58,588 nucleotides of DNA from Bdellovibrionia bacterium. Lineage in GTDB: Bacteria > Bdellovibrionota > Bdellovibrionia > Bdellovibrionales > JAGQZY01. The DNA lies in the NCBI GenBank assembly GCA_030424665.1, contig JAUHWN010000005.1:1-58588 (forward strand). Reading direction: 5' to 3'. Shown in pieces: positions 50,500 through 58,588 of the stretch; within the stretch, counting starts at the first letter, position 1, and every line of letters begins with the position of its first letter. The notes beneath the pieces were generated by a model that made no database searches, had not been told where the DNA came from, and worked only from the letters and a program-made list of their open reading frames with translations. Position numbers and translations under genes: made by a program.

Positions 50500-52725
50500 C
50501 TATTTCTTTATAGATTTGGCCTTTCGAATGAGCTTAATAAATTCATCTCGATACCCTTTGTCGTCCTTACCTTGACCTTCGATAGCCCATTCCAAAACAT
50601 TGTCAAAATTGGCTGTTCCAGAGTGCTTGGAGTCCCGAAGCAGCATTCCAAAACCAGCCACTGCGGCAGCAAACTTAAAGTCCGGCTTTGCTCTTTCGAA
50701 ATTAGTTACATCAGACTTAAAAGGGAATTCCAGTAACTCACTTTTCGAAGCATCTGGCTTTTTGTAGCGCAACTTTAGCGTCAACCACTCATCAGAAGCC
50801 TTAGCCTCGGGCTTCTTGGCCGCTGGTTTTTGATACTTAAGAGAATCTACAGATCCAGGAACCGATTGCCCAGCAGGGACAATTTCATAAAGCGCTGTCA
50901 CTCTGTGGCCTGCACCCAACTCACCGGCATCTTTTTTATCATTGTTGAAGTCTTCCTTGGCAAGCATGCGATTTTCATAGCCAATCAAACGATAACCCGC
51001 AACCTTACCAGGATTGAATTCGATCTGTAACTTTACATCCTTGGCGATCGTGACAAGAGTTCCACCCATCTCTTCAACAAGAACTTTTTTTGCTTCTTTA
51101 GTTGTATCGATATAGGCATAGTTACCATTTCCTTTATTCGCGAGTTTTTCCATTTTATTGTCTTTATAATTACCCATTCCAAAGCCAAGCACTGACAAGA
51201 ACACTCCCGTTTTCGCCTTCTTTTGAATGAGGTCGACCAGACTTCCTTCGCTACTCACTCCGACATTAAAGTCTCCGTCAGTGGCAAGAATCACTCGATT
51301 CACACCTTCTTTAATGAAGTTCTCTTTGGCTACTTTATAAGCGAGCTCAATTCCTGCTCCACCATTTGTTGAACCACCGGCCTGAAGCTTGTCGAGGGCT
51401 TTTAATATATCCTCTTTCTTATCTCCACTTGTCGATGGAAGGACTAAGCCTGAATTTCCGGCATATACGACAATTGCGATTTTATCTTTTTCTGTAAGAT
51501 TATCGATTAAGAGTCGCATGGCTTTTTTAACGAGAGGAAGCTTGTTACCGTAATTCATTGAACCAGAAACATCGAGTAAGAATACTAAGTTACTACCCTT
51601 ATCATTCCACTGAATTTCTTTTCCTTTAAGTCCAACGCGAAGAAGGTAGTTACTTTCATTCCATGGAGCTTTAACAAGGTCCATAGACGTAGAGAATGGG
51701 GCCTTTCCTTTGGGCGCATCGTAATCATAGCTGAAATAGTTAATCATTTCCTCAATACGAACCGAATCCTTAGGCGGCATCTGCCCACTATTGAGGAATC
51801 TTCGCATGTTCGCATAAGATGCAGTATCAACATCAATTGAGAACGTTGAAAGCGGATGATCGATTACCTTCTTAAAGTCATTTTCAGTAATCGTGCTGTA
51901 CTCTTCAGCATTCATTTCAGAGTCATTGAACGAAGGCTCTGGCATCGGTGATGTCGGCGGGAGTATATGTCTTCCCCTACGACCTAATCCGAAGCTTTGA
52001 CCACCTGAATTCATTCGTTTTCTTTTGGCAAGATAGGTCCGCCCTTGGGTCCCACCAACTGCGGCCGACTCTCCCTTTTTCACAGAACTTACTTTTGAAG
52101 CAACCATTTCCATTGGTTTAGAGGCAGGTCGCCCCGGACCCGCATCTTGCTCCGATTCAGCGACATTTTTAAGACCGGCAATGGGAGCCACCTTACGATC
52201 TTTCCCAATGAGAGTAATTGTATCCGGCTTTTGCACGGTTCCATTAACTCTTTGTTGATCAAAGTCAATTTTCTTTGATTCCGTTCCGGTGGGTTGATTG
52301 TTGGCAATTTCATCTCTGTTAGCAATTGTTTCCTTAATCTCTTGCTGGCGAATGACACCTTCATTAAATCCACCCATAATATGCTGGTTCATGACGATGA
52401 CACCTGCCACTGACGCCGCAGCAAGGGCCGGAACTCCAATCATTAGAGATTTTTTATAACGCTGCCAAAAGCCCAAAACTTTTGTCTCTTCAGCCTGTGC
52501 CTCGGACCGAACTTGATCCGTTTTATTTACCTCGATTTTAACGGGCTCATAAACTTCTTTCTTAAATTCTGAACTCAACAATTCTGTCGTTTCACGAACA
52601 GCTTGAACGGCTTTTTGTAATTCTTCACTATTATTCAGCTCTTTTTCAAAAGCGATTCGATCTTGTTCAGACAATTCATTTAATACATATGCAGTAATTC
52701 TATAATCAGTTAAATCTGGTCTCAT
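50500..52725 (-). CDS. Anti-sigma-factor N-terminus fused through one TM helix to a YfbK-type von Willebrand factor A protein
   Basis: The N-terminus DLTDYRITAYVLNELSEQDRIAFEKEL is anti-sigma-like. TM helix LMIGVPALAAASVAGVIVM. vWF_A N-terminal-type segment LSTFSIDVDTASYANMRRFLNSGQMPPKDSVRIEEMINYF. MIDAS motif LVFLLDVSGSM. DUF3520-like segment DVKLQIEFNPGKVAGYRLIGYENR. Confidence 0.85.
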   Translation of the reverse strand: MRPDLTDYRITAYVLNELSEQDRIAFEKELNNSEELQKAVQAVRETTELLSSEFKKEVYEPVKIEVNKTDQVRSEAQAEETKVLGFWQRYKKSLMIGVPALAAASVAGVIVMNQHIMGGFNEGVIRQQEIKETIANRDEIANNQPTGTESKKIDFDQQRVNGTVQKPDTITLIGKDRKVAPIAGLKNVAESEQDAGPGRPASKPMEMVASKVSSVKKGESAAVGGTQGRTYLAKRKRMNSGGQSFGLGRRGRHILPPTSPMPEPSFNDSEMNAEEYSTITENDFKKVIDHPLSTFSIDVDTASYANMRRFLNSGQMPPKDSVRIEEMINYFSYDYDAPKGKAPFSTSMDLVKAPWNESNYLLRVGLKGKEIQWNDKGSNLVFLLDVSGSMNYGNKLPLVKKAMRLLIDNLTEKDKIAIVVYAGNSGLVLPSTSGDKKEDILKALDKLQAGGSTNGGAGIELAYKVAKENFIKEGVNRVILATDGDFNVGVSSEGSLVDLIQKKAKTGVFLSVLGFGMGNYKDNKMEKLANKGNGNYAYIDTTKEAKKVLVEEMGGTLVTIAKDVKLQIEFNPGKVAGYRLIGYENRMLAKEDFNNDKKDAGELGAGHRVTALYEIVPAGQSVPGSVDSLKYQKPAAKKPEAKASDEWLTLKLRYKKPDASKSELLEFPFKSDVTNFERAKPDFKFAAAVAGFGMLLRDSKHSGTANFDNVLEWAIEGQGKDDKGYRDEFIKLIRKAKSIKK

Positions 52726-53249
52726 TAGTGACCTCCTTGAATGGCAAGTGACTCTCTTAGCTTCAGTACACCTTGATGGATGAGCACACCCACATGGTTA
52801 ACAGTGCATCCGGTAATTTCACTAATTTCTTTGTAAGAGAGATCTTCTTGAAACTTGAGACGCAAAACTTCTCTATGTTTCGATGGTAAGGTTTCAATTT
52901 TCTTTAGAATGTTCTTCTGAGCTTCCTCTTTTTCCATAACTACAGAGGGCAGCTCATTTGGACATTCAATGGACTCCTGGTCGCCTTCGTTAAAGTGACT
53001 CATACGGTTTTCCTTTCGCAAATAATCAATACACGAATTGCGACAGGACTTAAAAAGCCAGACTTTGACTGCTGAATTATGAATTTGATCCTGATGCTTC
53101 CAAAAACTTAAAAATACATCTTGAACAACTTCTCGCGAGACTTCCAAACTGTGCACGATACTGACGGCATAACGGGTCAGTGAATTTTGGTGCGTCTCTA
53201 CTAGCTTCTGAAAAATCTTCGCCCCTTCGGGCTTTTCAAGTGTCGCCAT
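52725..53249 (-). CDS. ECF-type RNA polymerase sigma-70 family factor
   Basis: Region 2 (YAVSIVHSLEVSREVVQDVFLSFWKH) and region 4 HTH (LSYKEISEITGCTVNHVGVLIHQGVLKLR). TAATG stop/start overlap with the anti-sigma gene. Confidence 0.9.
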   Translation of the reverse strand: MATLEKPEGAKIFQKLVETHQNSLTRYAVSIVHSLEVSREVVQDVFLSFWKHQDQIHNSAVKVWLFKSCRNSCIDYLRKENRMSHFNEGDQESIECPNELPSVVMEKEEAQKNILKKIETLPSKHREVLRLKFQEDLSYKEISEITGCTVNHVGVLIHQGVLKLRESLAIQGGH

Positions 53250-53372
53250 TGCGTTACCTCGTTTGCTGTAAAAACGTGCGAAAGGAGGTTTTATTACAAC
53301 ATTTTTAATTTAATTTTGTGAGCGCTAAGTGATTGAAATGACGAGACTAAAGCTTAGATTTTCAAATCTGTA

Positions 53373-53397
53373 AACGGCCTTTTACAAGGGAGTTCCA
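53373..53397 (-). promoter_or_regulatory. ECF-type promoter candidate upstream of the sigma gene
   Basis: Minus strand reads GGAAC (53393-53397), 15 nt spacer, CGTTT (53373-53377), about 125 nt upstream of the start at 53249. Confidence 0.3.
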
Positions 53398-53475
53398 CAC
53401 TCGGGTTAATAGAGAACGTTTTGTTTTAAGACAATATCTGACGAGAAGACTTCTATTGAAAAACACCAGGCAAAG

Positions 53476-53505
53476 AAAAAAAGCTCAGTTAAAAACTGAG
53501 CTTTT
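53476..53505 (-). terminator. Rho-independent terminator downstream of the 53596..54399 gene
   Basis: AGCTCAGT-TTTTA-ACTGAGCT on the minus strand followed by TTTTTT. The plus strand also has TTTT after the stem. Confidence 0.65.
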
Positions 53506-53595
53506 CTAATTATTATCAATTAATCTTAATGTAAGTTCGCATGTAAGTTCGCTATATAAATCGATGAATTCATATTGAATCGAATTCGATCAATA

Positions 53596-54399
53596 TTATT
53601 TTCCGTTTTTCTTCATTTCTTCCATTTGTTTTTTCAGTTTCTCCATCATTGCTGGATCCATGCCCTTATTAGGATTAAAAACAGGCATAACAAATTTCTT
53701 GTAACCTTTCGGTGGTTGAAACTGAGAAGATTGGTATGAACGCGACTCTATTTTGGCCAAGGTCATTACTGAAGACTCTTTATTATTTAAGAAACGAACC
53801 CATATTGGATAGGCTGTTCCACCCACTAATTTTTTAAACTCATCCATAGAGGGCATGGACTTATCTTTGGGCATGTACTTTTCCATACGATTATTGAAGT
53901 TTGTCATGATTCGGTCAAAGGACTTCAGATCAGACTTCGAAAGGCCAAGATCAGACATTTTTGCCAAACAAGACTCTGACACAGCCTTCTTACCCTCCAT
54001 AACCTTAAACATCATACATTTCTTGCCTAATTTTTTAGACGGTCCAATCTTTTTAAAGCTATATTTAGTTTTCGAATTTTGTTTATTGCCCATAAACCTT
54101 TGGGCGTTTCTCATCATCTCAGCCATGTCCATATAGGTTTTCTGACTGGGAATCACCTGCAACATCTGACCTTCGCGGTTCATCAACATATAGGAACCTG
54201 CAGCGGGATTCTTCTTGCCCGGCTGACCCGTTGCCATTCCGTAGACTTTCATGCCGTACTTAGAAACATCCATTTTAATTTTAGACTTATGGGTTTTGCC
54301 CTCAGCCTTAGCCGTGATTTCCTGTTCGAGGTAAACGCCAGCGTGAACGGTAAACGAAAACAAACTGATGAGTGCCGTGAGCACTAGTGTATTTTTCAT
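53596..54399 (-). CDS. Secreted hypothetical protein (K/M-rich)
   Basis: Signal peptide MKNTLVLTALISLFSFTVHA/G. No family recognised with confidence. Confidence 0.6.
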   Translation of the reverse strand: MKNTLVLTALISLFSFTVHAGVYLEQEITAKAEGKTHKSKIKMDVSKYGMKVYGMATGQPGKKNPAAGSYMLMNREGQMLQVIPSQKTYMDMAEMMRNAQRFMGNKQNSKTKYSFKKIGPSKKLGKKCMMFKVMEGKKAVSESCLAKMSDLGLSKSDLKSFDRIMTNFNNRMEKYMPKDKSMPSMDEFKKLVGGTAYPIWVRFLNNKESSVMTLAKIESRSYQSSQFQPPKGYKKFVMPVFNPNKGMDPAMMEKLKKQMEEMKKNGK

Positions 54400-54424
54400 A
54401 ATGCAAATCTCTTTTTAAGTTTAA

Positions 54425-55429
54425 TTAAAATTCGATAATGTAATTATCGGGATCGACAGGTACGTTTTCAACACGCACCTCGTAGTGAAGGTGAGGACCT
54501 GTTGACCGACCTGTGTTTCCTACCGCTGAAATGATATCCCAACGTTTCACCTTTTGGCCAACTTTTACAAATAACTGAGAGTTATGACCATAGCGAGTCA
54601 CAACACCGAAACCATGATCGATAGAAACGAGACGCCCGTAACCTGGATCGTATCCAGCAAAAGAAACAACTCCATCAGCCGGAGCGTAAACTGGCGTTCC
54701 AGGAGCAGCTGCCATATCTAAACCATTGTGCATCACCGGACGATTCGAAAACGGCGAAATTCTGTATCCAAATTTAGAGGTAATCCAACCGCGAACAGGC
54801 TTAATATTTGGAGTGGCATTAATTCGACTTTCTTTTTGCTCAAGTCGTTGCCAAAGGCGAAGAACATCCCGCTCTCTGAGTTGCGTATCTCGAACCGCCT
54901 GATCGATACGAATAGCTAAAGAAGCATAATCTCTTTGCCCAGAGACCGAAAGCTCCCCTTTTGTCGCATTAACCGGTGGCTTCTCTATAAATATAGAGTC
55001 TTGTTGTTGCAAAGCTGCCGCTGGAGCTCTCTCATCGACATCGACATTAAGGCTATTTAAATCCTCTTTCGTCTTTACTCCAGGGCCCATGGCTAATTTC
55101 AAAGTACGATTTGGATCAGCCGATTTCGTAATAAGTTTCAGTTTTGTCGTGTTAACTTTGGTTCGCTCGAGTGCTTTTTCAAGGGCATTGAGCTTACCTT
55201 CGACCACTCGAAATTGTTGGTGAAGAAGCTTATTCTCAGCTCGTAGCTGCTTATTTTCAATAGATTGGGCAAGGAGACCAAAATAATCGACGACCATGGC
55301 AGAAAGCACGAGTAGGGCTACTGCTCCCAAAAAACTAAAAGCGCGCAACCACGTCGTAGAAACGACAAACTTACGGGTCGCTCCCTTTCGATTACTCACT
55401 AATAAAATGGTCATCTTCTTTTTGTCCAA
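54425..55429 (-). CDS. M23-family (LytM-type) metallopeptidase with N-terminal TM helix and coiled coil
   Basis: HNGLDMAAAPGTPVYAPADGVV...IDHGFGVVTRYGHNSQLFV..GQKV....I..VGNTGRSTGPHLHYEV carries the HxxxD and HxH motifs. Confidence 0.9.
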   Translation of the reverse strand: MDKKKMTILLVSNRKGATRKFVVSTTWLRAFSFLGAVALLVLSAMVVDYFGLLAQSIENKQLRAENKLLHQQFRVVEGKLNALEKALERTKVNTTKLKLITKSADPNRTLKLAMGPGVKTKEDLNSLNVDVDERAPAAALQQQDSIFIEKPPVNATKGELSVSGQRDYASLAIRIDQAVRDTQLRERDVLRLWQRLEQKESRINATPNIKPVRGWITSKFGYRISPFSNRPVMHNGLDMAAAPGTPVYAPADGVVSFAGYDPGYGRLVSIDHGFGVVTRYGHNSQLFVKVGQKVKRWDIISAVGNTGRSTGPHLHYEVRVENVPVDPDNYIIEF

Positions 55430-55528
55430 AACTTAGCTTCCACCTAAATTTTATATCTCAACCAAATTCTTGCTATACTTTGTACCTTAGATAAGTGGTC
55501 GAATCGCGTCAAACATAAACCGACTCAA

Positions 55529-56263
55529 CTAAGGTTTTGAATAAAGTACCATACACGTAATGTTATCATCCCCACCGGACTCTTTTGCCTCTTCTATCGC
55601 TCTAGGCACAATTTCAGCCGGATGAAGCTCTTGACACATTTTGTTAATCCTCTGATCAGAGACAAGTCCACTCAAACCATCGGAACACATAAGGACCATC
55701 TCGCCCTCTTGGAGATTGCGTTCGATAATATCGCACTCCACATCGCGCTCAAAACCCACACTTCGAGTTATTACATTTCGAGCTACAAAATTATCAATAT
55801 TTTCCTCGCTGATCAGCCCCAGCTTCAGCTGCTCATTGACCAGCGAATGGTCTTCGGTAATTTGCCACAGGTAGGGATCAGAAAAAAGATAGGCCCGCGA
55901 GTCCCCAACGTTTCCAATATACAAAGTATCCTTGTGCATGAAAGCCACAACCAAAGTGGTCCCCATCCCTCGGAGCTCAGGATTTTCAACATTACTCTTA
56001 TCAAAAATGGCATTACTGGCTTGCTTGTAGGCTTCGTTGATTAAGGTCTTTGGAGAAATGTTTTTACCCATTTCAGTGTAGTAGCGAGCAAAGACATCGC
56101 GAACGGTTTCGACCGCCATCTTAGAGGCCATGTCTCCCCCGCGGTGACCGCCCATCCCGTCGGCTACCATGTACAAACCGAGTTCACGATCCACGAGGAA
56201 GGCATCCTCATTTCGCTCTCGCTTCATACCGATATCAGTCTGACACCAAACTTCTAAACCCAT
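55529..56263 (-). CDS. PP2C-family Ser/Thr protein phosphatase (Stp1/PrpC-like)
   Basis: RERNEDAF, VADGMGGHRGGDMAS, GNVGDSRAYL, MCSDGLSG and GGDDNITCMVL give the complete set of PP2C metal-binding motifs. Confidence 0.92.
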   Translation of the reverse strand: MGLEVWCQTDIGMKRERNEDAFLVDRELGLYMVADGMGGHRGGDMASKMAVETVRDVFARYYTEMGKNISPKTLINEAYKQASNAIFDKSNVENPELRGMGTTLVVAFMHKDTLYIGNVGDSRAYLFSDPYLWQITEDHSLVNEQLKLGLISEENIDNFVARNVITRSVGFERDVECDIIERNLQEGEMVLMCSDGLSGLVSDQRINKMCQELHPAEIVPRAIEEAKESGGDDNITCMVLYSKP

Positions 56264-56443
56264 AGTCTACAGTTTAACCAAGCAAAATCAGGTAACCAAG
56301 CAAAAACTCAAAGGATTTCACCGGACAGGACGCTTTCCGGTCACTAGTCCGATAAAAGTCGAAGTCGTCCGAAAAATCACTCTGGACCCGCTTCCAGCCT
56401 CAATTCTGGCGCGAAAATACCGATACATCTCTAAAGGACTTTT

Positions 56444-57367
56444 ATGAACAAGAATAGACTCTTTATCACAGCTATTATTCTTTCTATTGCACTTCACTTG
56501 CTTACGTCCTTTGGTCTATTTCTCGCTGAATACAACCCGCCCAAGGTACAACAAGACCCCTTTAAAAACGCTGTCGAACTTGTAGACGCTGAGACCTTGA
56601 AAAAACTCCTCAAAGATTCAGGCGGCCAAATCGTTGAACAAAACGAAAAGGCCCTCAACGACGAAATCCCCGAGGATGCTAAATTTCTCAGCAAAAACAA
56701 CCAAAAGGTTGTCCAAGAGACGAAGGCCGCTAAATCTGGAAAGTACAAAAACACCAATGACCAGCACACGGGACCAAAACCAACCTCGCAAAAGCAAATG
56801 GTTCAGGTCAAACCTCCGCAGCAAATCAAACCCAATAAGGGTAAGACATTTACCACACAAAAGAATTCACCAGTGGCTTTGCCTAAGCTGGTCGACCTCA
56901 AGCCGAGCTTTAAGCCTGGAGAGACCTTTACTCAGCACCAACCAAAAATTCAAAATGCTGGCGGTGCGGGACCGAGCCAAACGGATGACTATCTAAAGGA
57001 TGTTAAAACTGGCTTACAAACCCTCTTAAGTACTCGGGAATTCGTCTATTACTCCTATTACTCGCGCATCAAAAACAAGCTTCGCCAGTACTGGGAACCC
57101 ATGATCAAAGAGAAGATTACCCGCCTATTGCGTTCGGGCCGAAGTATTGCTTCGAGCTCTAACAGGGTCACTAATCTCGTCATTACACTCGACCAGAAGG
57201 GTCACCTAGTAAAGGTCCAAGTCGTTGGTGAATCCGGAGTTCGGGACTTAGACGATGCTGCCATTGAGGCCTTTGAAGAGGCCGCCCCTTTTCCAAACCC
57301 GCCCAAAGGGATTGTCGAACAAGATGGTACCATTAAAATTCGTTGGGACTTTATCCTCGAGGCCTAA
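56444..57367 (+). CDS. TonB-family energy transducer (TonB C-terminal domain protein)
   Basis: N-terminal TM helix LFITAIILSIALHLLTSFGLFLA, a K/P/Q-rich spacer, and a C-terminal TonB_C-like segment VTLDQKGHLVKVQVVGESGVRDLDDAAIEAFEEAAPFPNPP. Confidence 0.8.
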   Translation: MNKNRLFITAIILSIALHLLTSFGLFLAEYNPPKVQQDPFKNAVELVDAETLKKLLKDSGGQIVEQNEKALNDEIPEDAKFLSKNNQKVVQETKAAKSGKYKNTNDQHTGPKPTSQKQMVQVKPPQQIKPNKGKTFTTQKNSPVALPKLVDLKPSFKPGETFTQHQPKIQNAGGAGPSQTDDYLKDVKTGLQTLLSTREFVYYSYYSRIKNKLRQYWEPMIKEKITRLLRSGRSIASSSNRVTNLVITLDQKGHLVKVQVVGESGVRDLDDAAIEAFEEAAPFPNPPKGIVEQDGTIKIRWDFILEA

Positions 57368-57449
57368 ATCCCTGTAATTACTCTCTCAGGACCTGATTTA
57401 AGTTTAGTTTTTTTCAATAATTTCAGATATTTACCCTACCCTCGTCATA

Positions 57450-57478
57450 TTGACAAGAAGGGGGCAGCAGGCTACAAC
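57450..57478 (+). promoter_or_regulatory. Sigma70-like promoter candidate for the E1 gene
   Basis: TTGACA (57450-57455), 17 nt spacer, TACAAC (57473-57478), 40 nt upstream of the GTG start. Confidence 0.4.
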
Positions 57479-57517
57479 CTAATAGTTTAATGCTGGATGA
57501 TAACAAGGATAAAGAAC

Positions 57518-58588
57518 GTGAATAAGAAATTACCTTCTCGCGAAGTACTCGATCGCATTTGTGGCCGCGTCCACTACCTAGCGACGCAAATGATTTATCA
57601 AGCCAATATCAGAAAAGACAAAGCCAAAGGCGACCCAAAAGTTGGTGGTCATCCATCGGCCTCTACCAGTGCTCTTCACATTCTTGGCGCTCTTCACTTG
57701 GTTTCAAAAACCGGTTTTGATTTTTTCTCAAACAAGCCCCACGCCTCACCGGCTGACCACTCTTACAACTACCTTCTCGACCTGTTATTAGACGAAAATG
57801 GCGAGCCCCTTTCTACAGAGCTCAAAAACAAAGCGATGATGGGACTTCGAGCTTATCCCAGTGAAGATATGCCTTATACCTTCCAGTCCTATCATTCTAC
57901 CTACGACCCCGATCACCACGGCTTTTTACCCTCTGGTACCGTTGGAATTCCACCAGTTAACGTCGGTTACATGGCCCATGCCTACCGCCTGGCTAAAGAA
58001 CATGGTTATGAAGTCCCTGAAGCTCATTTTTGGGCTTTGATTGGAGACTCCGAATTTCGTGAAGGTTCTGTATTTGAAGCAACTCCTGACTTTGCCGAGA
58101 GAGAAATTGGAAATCTCACTTGGATTGTTGATTACAATCGTCAATCTCTCGATGGCCACCGTATTACTAATAAGACTATTATGGGTGGAACCGACAACGA
58201 GCGGATCGAAAGAACAATGGCAGCCAATGGCTGGGACGTCATTCAAGTTCGCCACGGTAAGAAGCGCCAGGCCCTTTTCGAGCGAAAAGGTGGAAAAGCC
58301 TTCAAAAAATGGCTCGAAGACGATCTTGAAGACTATGAATTGCAAGCTCTTCTCCTCGTTCAGGATATGAAGGAGTTGAAAAAAGGAATTACCGAGGCAC
58401 ACCCTGACTTAAAGGAGTTTTTAAGCGATGTCAGTGATGCCGAACTCTTTGTTGCCCTTCGCGATCTCGGTGGTAACGACATCGAAAGAATGGTTGAAGC
58501 CCTTGAAGAGTCTAAAAAGAATCCCCGTAAACCCTGTATTATCATTGCCCATACCGTGAAAGGCTGGGGTCTGAAAATGGCGGCTCAG
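57518..58588 (+). CDS. Partial CDS (first 357 codons; continues past the right edge): AceE-type (homodimeric) 2-oxoacid dehydrogenase E1 / transketolase-like ThDP enzyme
   Basis: Absent from the ORF track because it has no stop in the window. My translation from GTG 57518 reads VNKKLPSREVLDRICGRVHYLATQMIYQ... Three segments parallel E. coli AceE. VGGHPSASTSALHIL parallels LGGHMASFQSSATIY. ALIGDSEFREGSVFEA...NLTWIVDYNRQSLDG parallels FLGDGEMDEPES...NLVFVINCNLQRLDG. PCIIIAHTVKGWG parallels ATVILAHTIKGYG. Confidence 0.85.
   Translation, partial: MNKKLPSREVLDRICGRVHYLATQMIYQANIRKDKAKGDPKVGGHPSASTSALHILGALHLVSKTGFDFFSNKPHASPADHSYNYLLDLLLDENGEPLSTELKNKAMMGLRAYPSEDMPYTFQSYHSTYDPDHHGFLPSGTVGIPPVNVGYMAHAYRLAKEHGYEVPEAHFWALIGDSEFREGSVFEATPDFAEREIGNLTWIVDYNRQSLDGHRITNKTIMGGTDNERIERTMAANGWDVIQVRHGKKRQALFERKGGKAFKKWLEDDLEDYELQALLLVQDMKELKKGITEAHPDLKEFLSDVSDAELFVALRDLGGNDIERMVEALEESKKNPRKPCIIIAHTVKGWGLKMAAQ

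Noticed and set aside
53529-53552. Tandem direct repeat ATGTAAGTTCGC x2 downstream of the 53596 gene.
   Set aside because: There are only two 12 nt units, with no flanking structure or further copies in the window. It is probably a slippage duplication.
57926-58545. Minus-strand ORFs 57926..58402 and 58360..58545, and plus-strand ORF 58041..58370.
   Set aside because: All lie inside the AceE-type partial CDS, whose frame carries conserved ThDP-enzyme motifs. They are shadow or alternative-frame ORFs.
1-58588. I looked for CRISPR arrays, tRNA/rRNA genes, transposases, integrases, phage genes, toxin-antitoxin pairs and known defence-system hallmarks.
   Set aside because: I saw no regularly spaced direct repeats, no cloverleaf-sized conserved RNA in the intergenic regions, and no ORF with recombinase, nuclease, ATPase or defence motifs. 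The window looks like core chromosome rather than an island. This was a by-eye search, so short or divergent elements could have been missed.

Overview
This 58.6 kb window looks like ordinary chromosome from a Gram-negative bacterium. It encodes ExbB/ExbD, TonB, a TonB-dependent receptor and several outer-membrane-type proteins. The sequence is moderately AT-rich by eye. The gene content includes DivIVA next to yggS-proC-maf, a Tad-type platform protein, many secreted proteins and lipoproteins, and a PSCyt1-type cytochrome c domain. I read this as Bdellovibrionota or a deltaproteobacteria-like lineage, but that is inference only.

I support about 50 protein genes.
- Housekeeping: valS, proC, yggS, maf, lipB, lipA, 2-oxoacid dehydrogenase E2 and lpdA, sfsA, pssA, asd, truA, rplM-rpsI, and a 5' partial AceE-type E1.
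- Envelope and transport: MFS transporter, ExbBD, TonB, TonB-dependent receptor, DsbA-like protein, M23 peptidase, trypsin-like protease.
- Many hypothetical secreted proteins.

I saw no rRNA or tRNA gene, no CRISPR array, and no transposase, integrase or phage gene.

The items most worth a second look are:
1. A tightly coupled seven-gene cluster (13.1-20.5 kb): an orphan TadC-like platform protein, a DUF192 protein, three consecutive FHA-domain membrane proteins, a PP2C-like protein lacking the metal-binding Asp residues, and a radical SAM enzyme. There is no ATPase, pilin, secretin or Ser/Thr kinase nearby.
2. An srsABC-like phenolic-lipid operon (type III PKS, methyltransferase, flavoprotein) preceded by an MFS transporter.
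3. Two intergenic loci whose minus strands encode stacked hairpins with UCCCCG-type loops ending in intrinsic terminators. These are candidate anti-Shine-Dalgarno sRNAs.
4. Four copies of the palindrome TTGTCNGACAA upstream of truA.
5. A 23 bp perfect inverted repeat bridging two convergent stop codons.
6. A protein with ten cysteine-pair repeats fused to a CXXCH domain.
7. An ECF sigma / VWA anti-sigma / TonB-dependent receptor unit.

All family calls come from reading motifs by eye. No searches were run.
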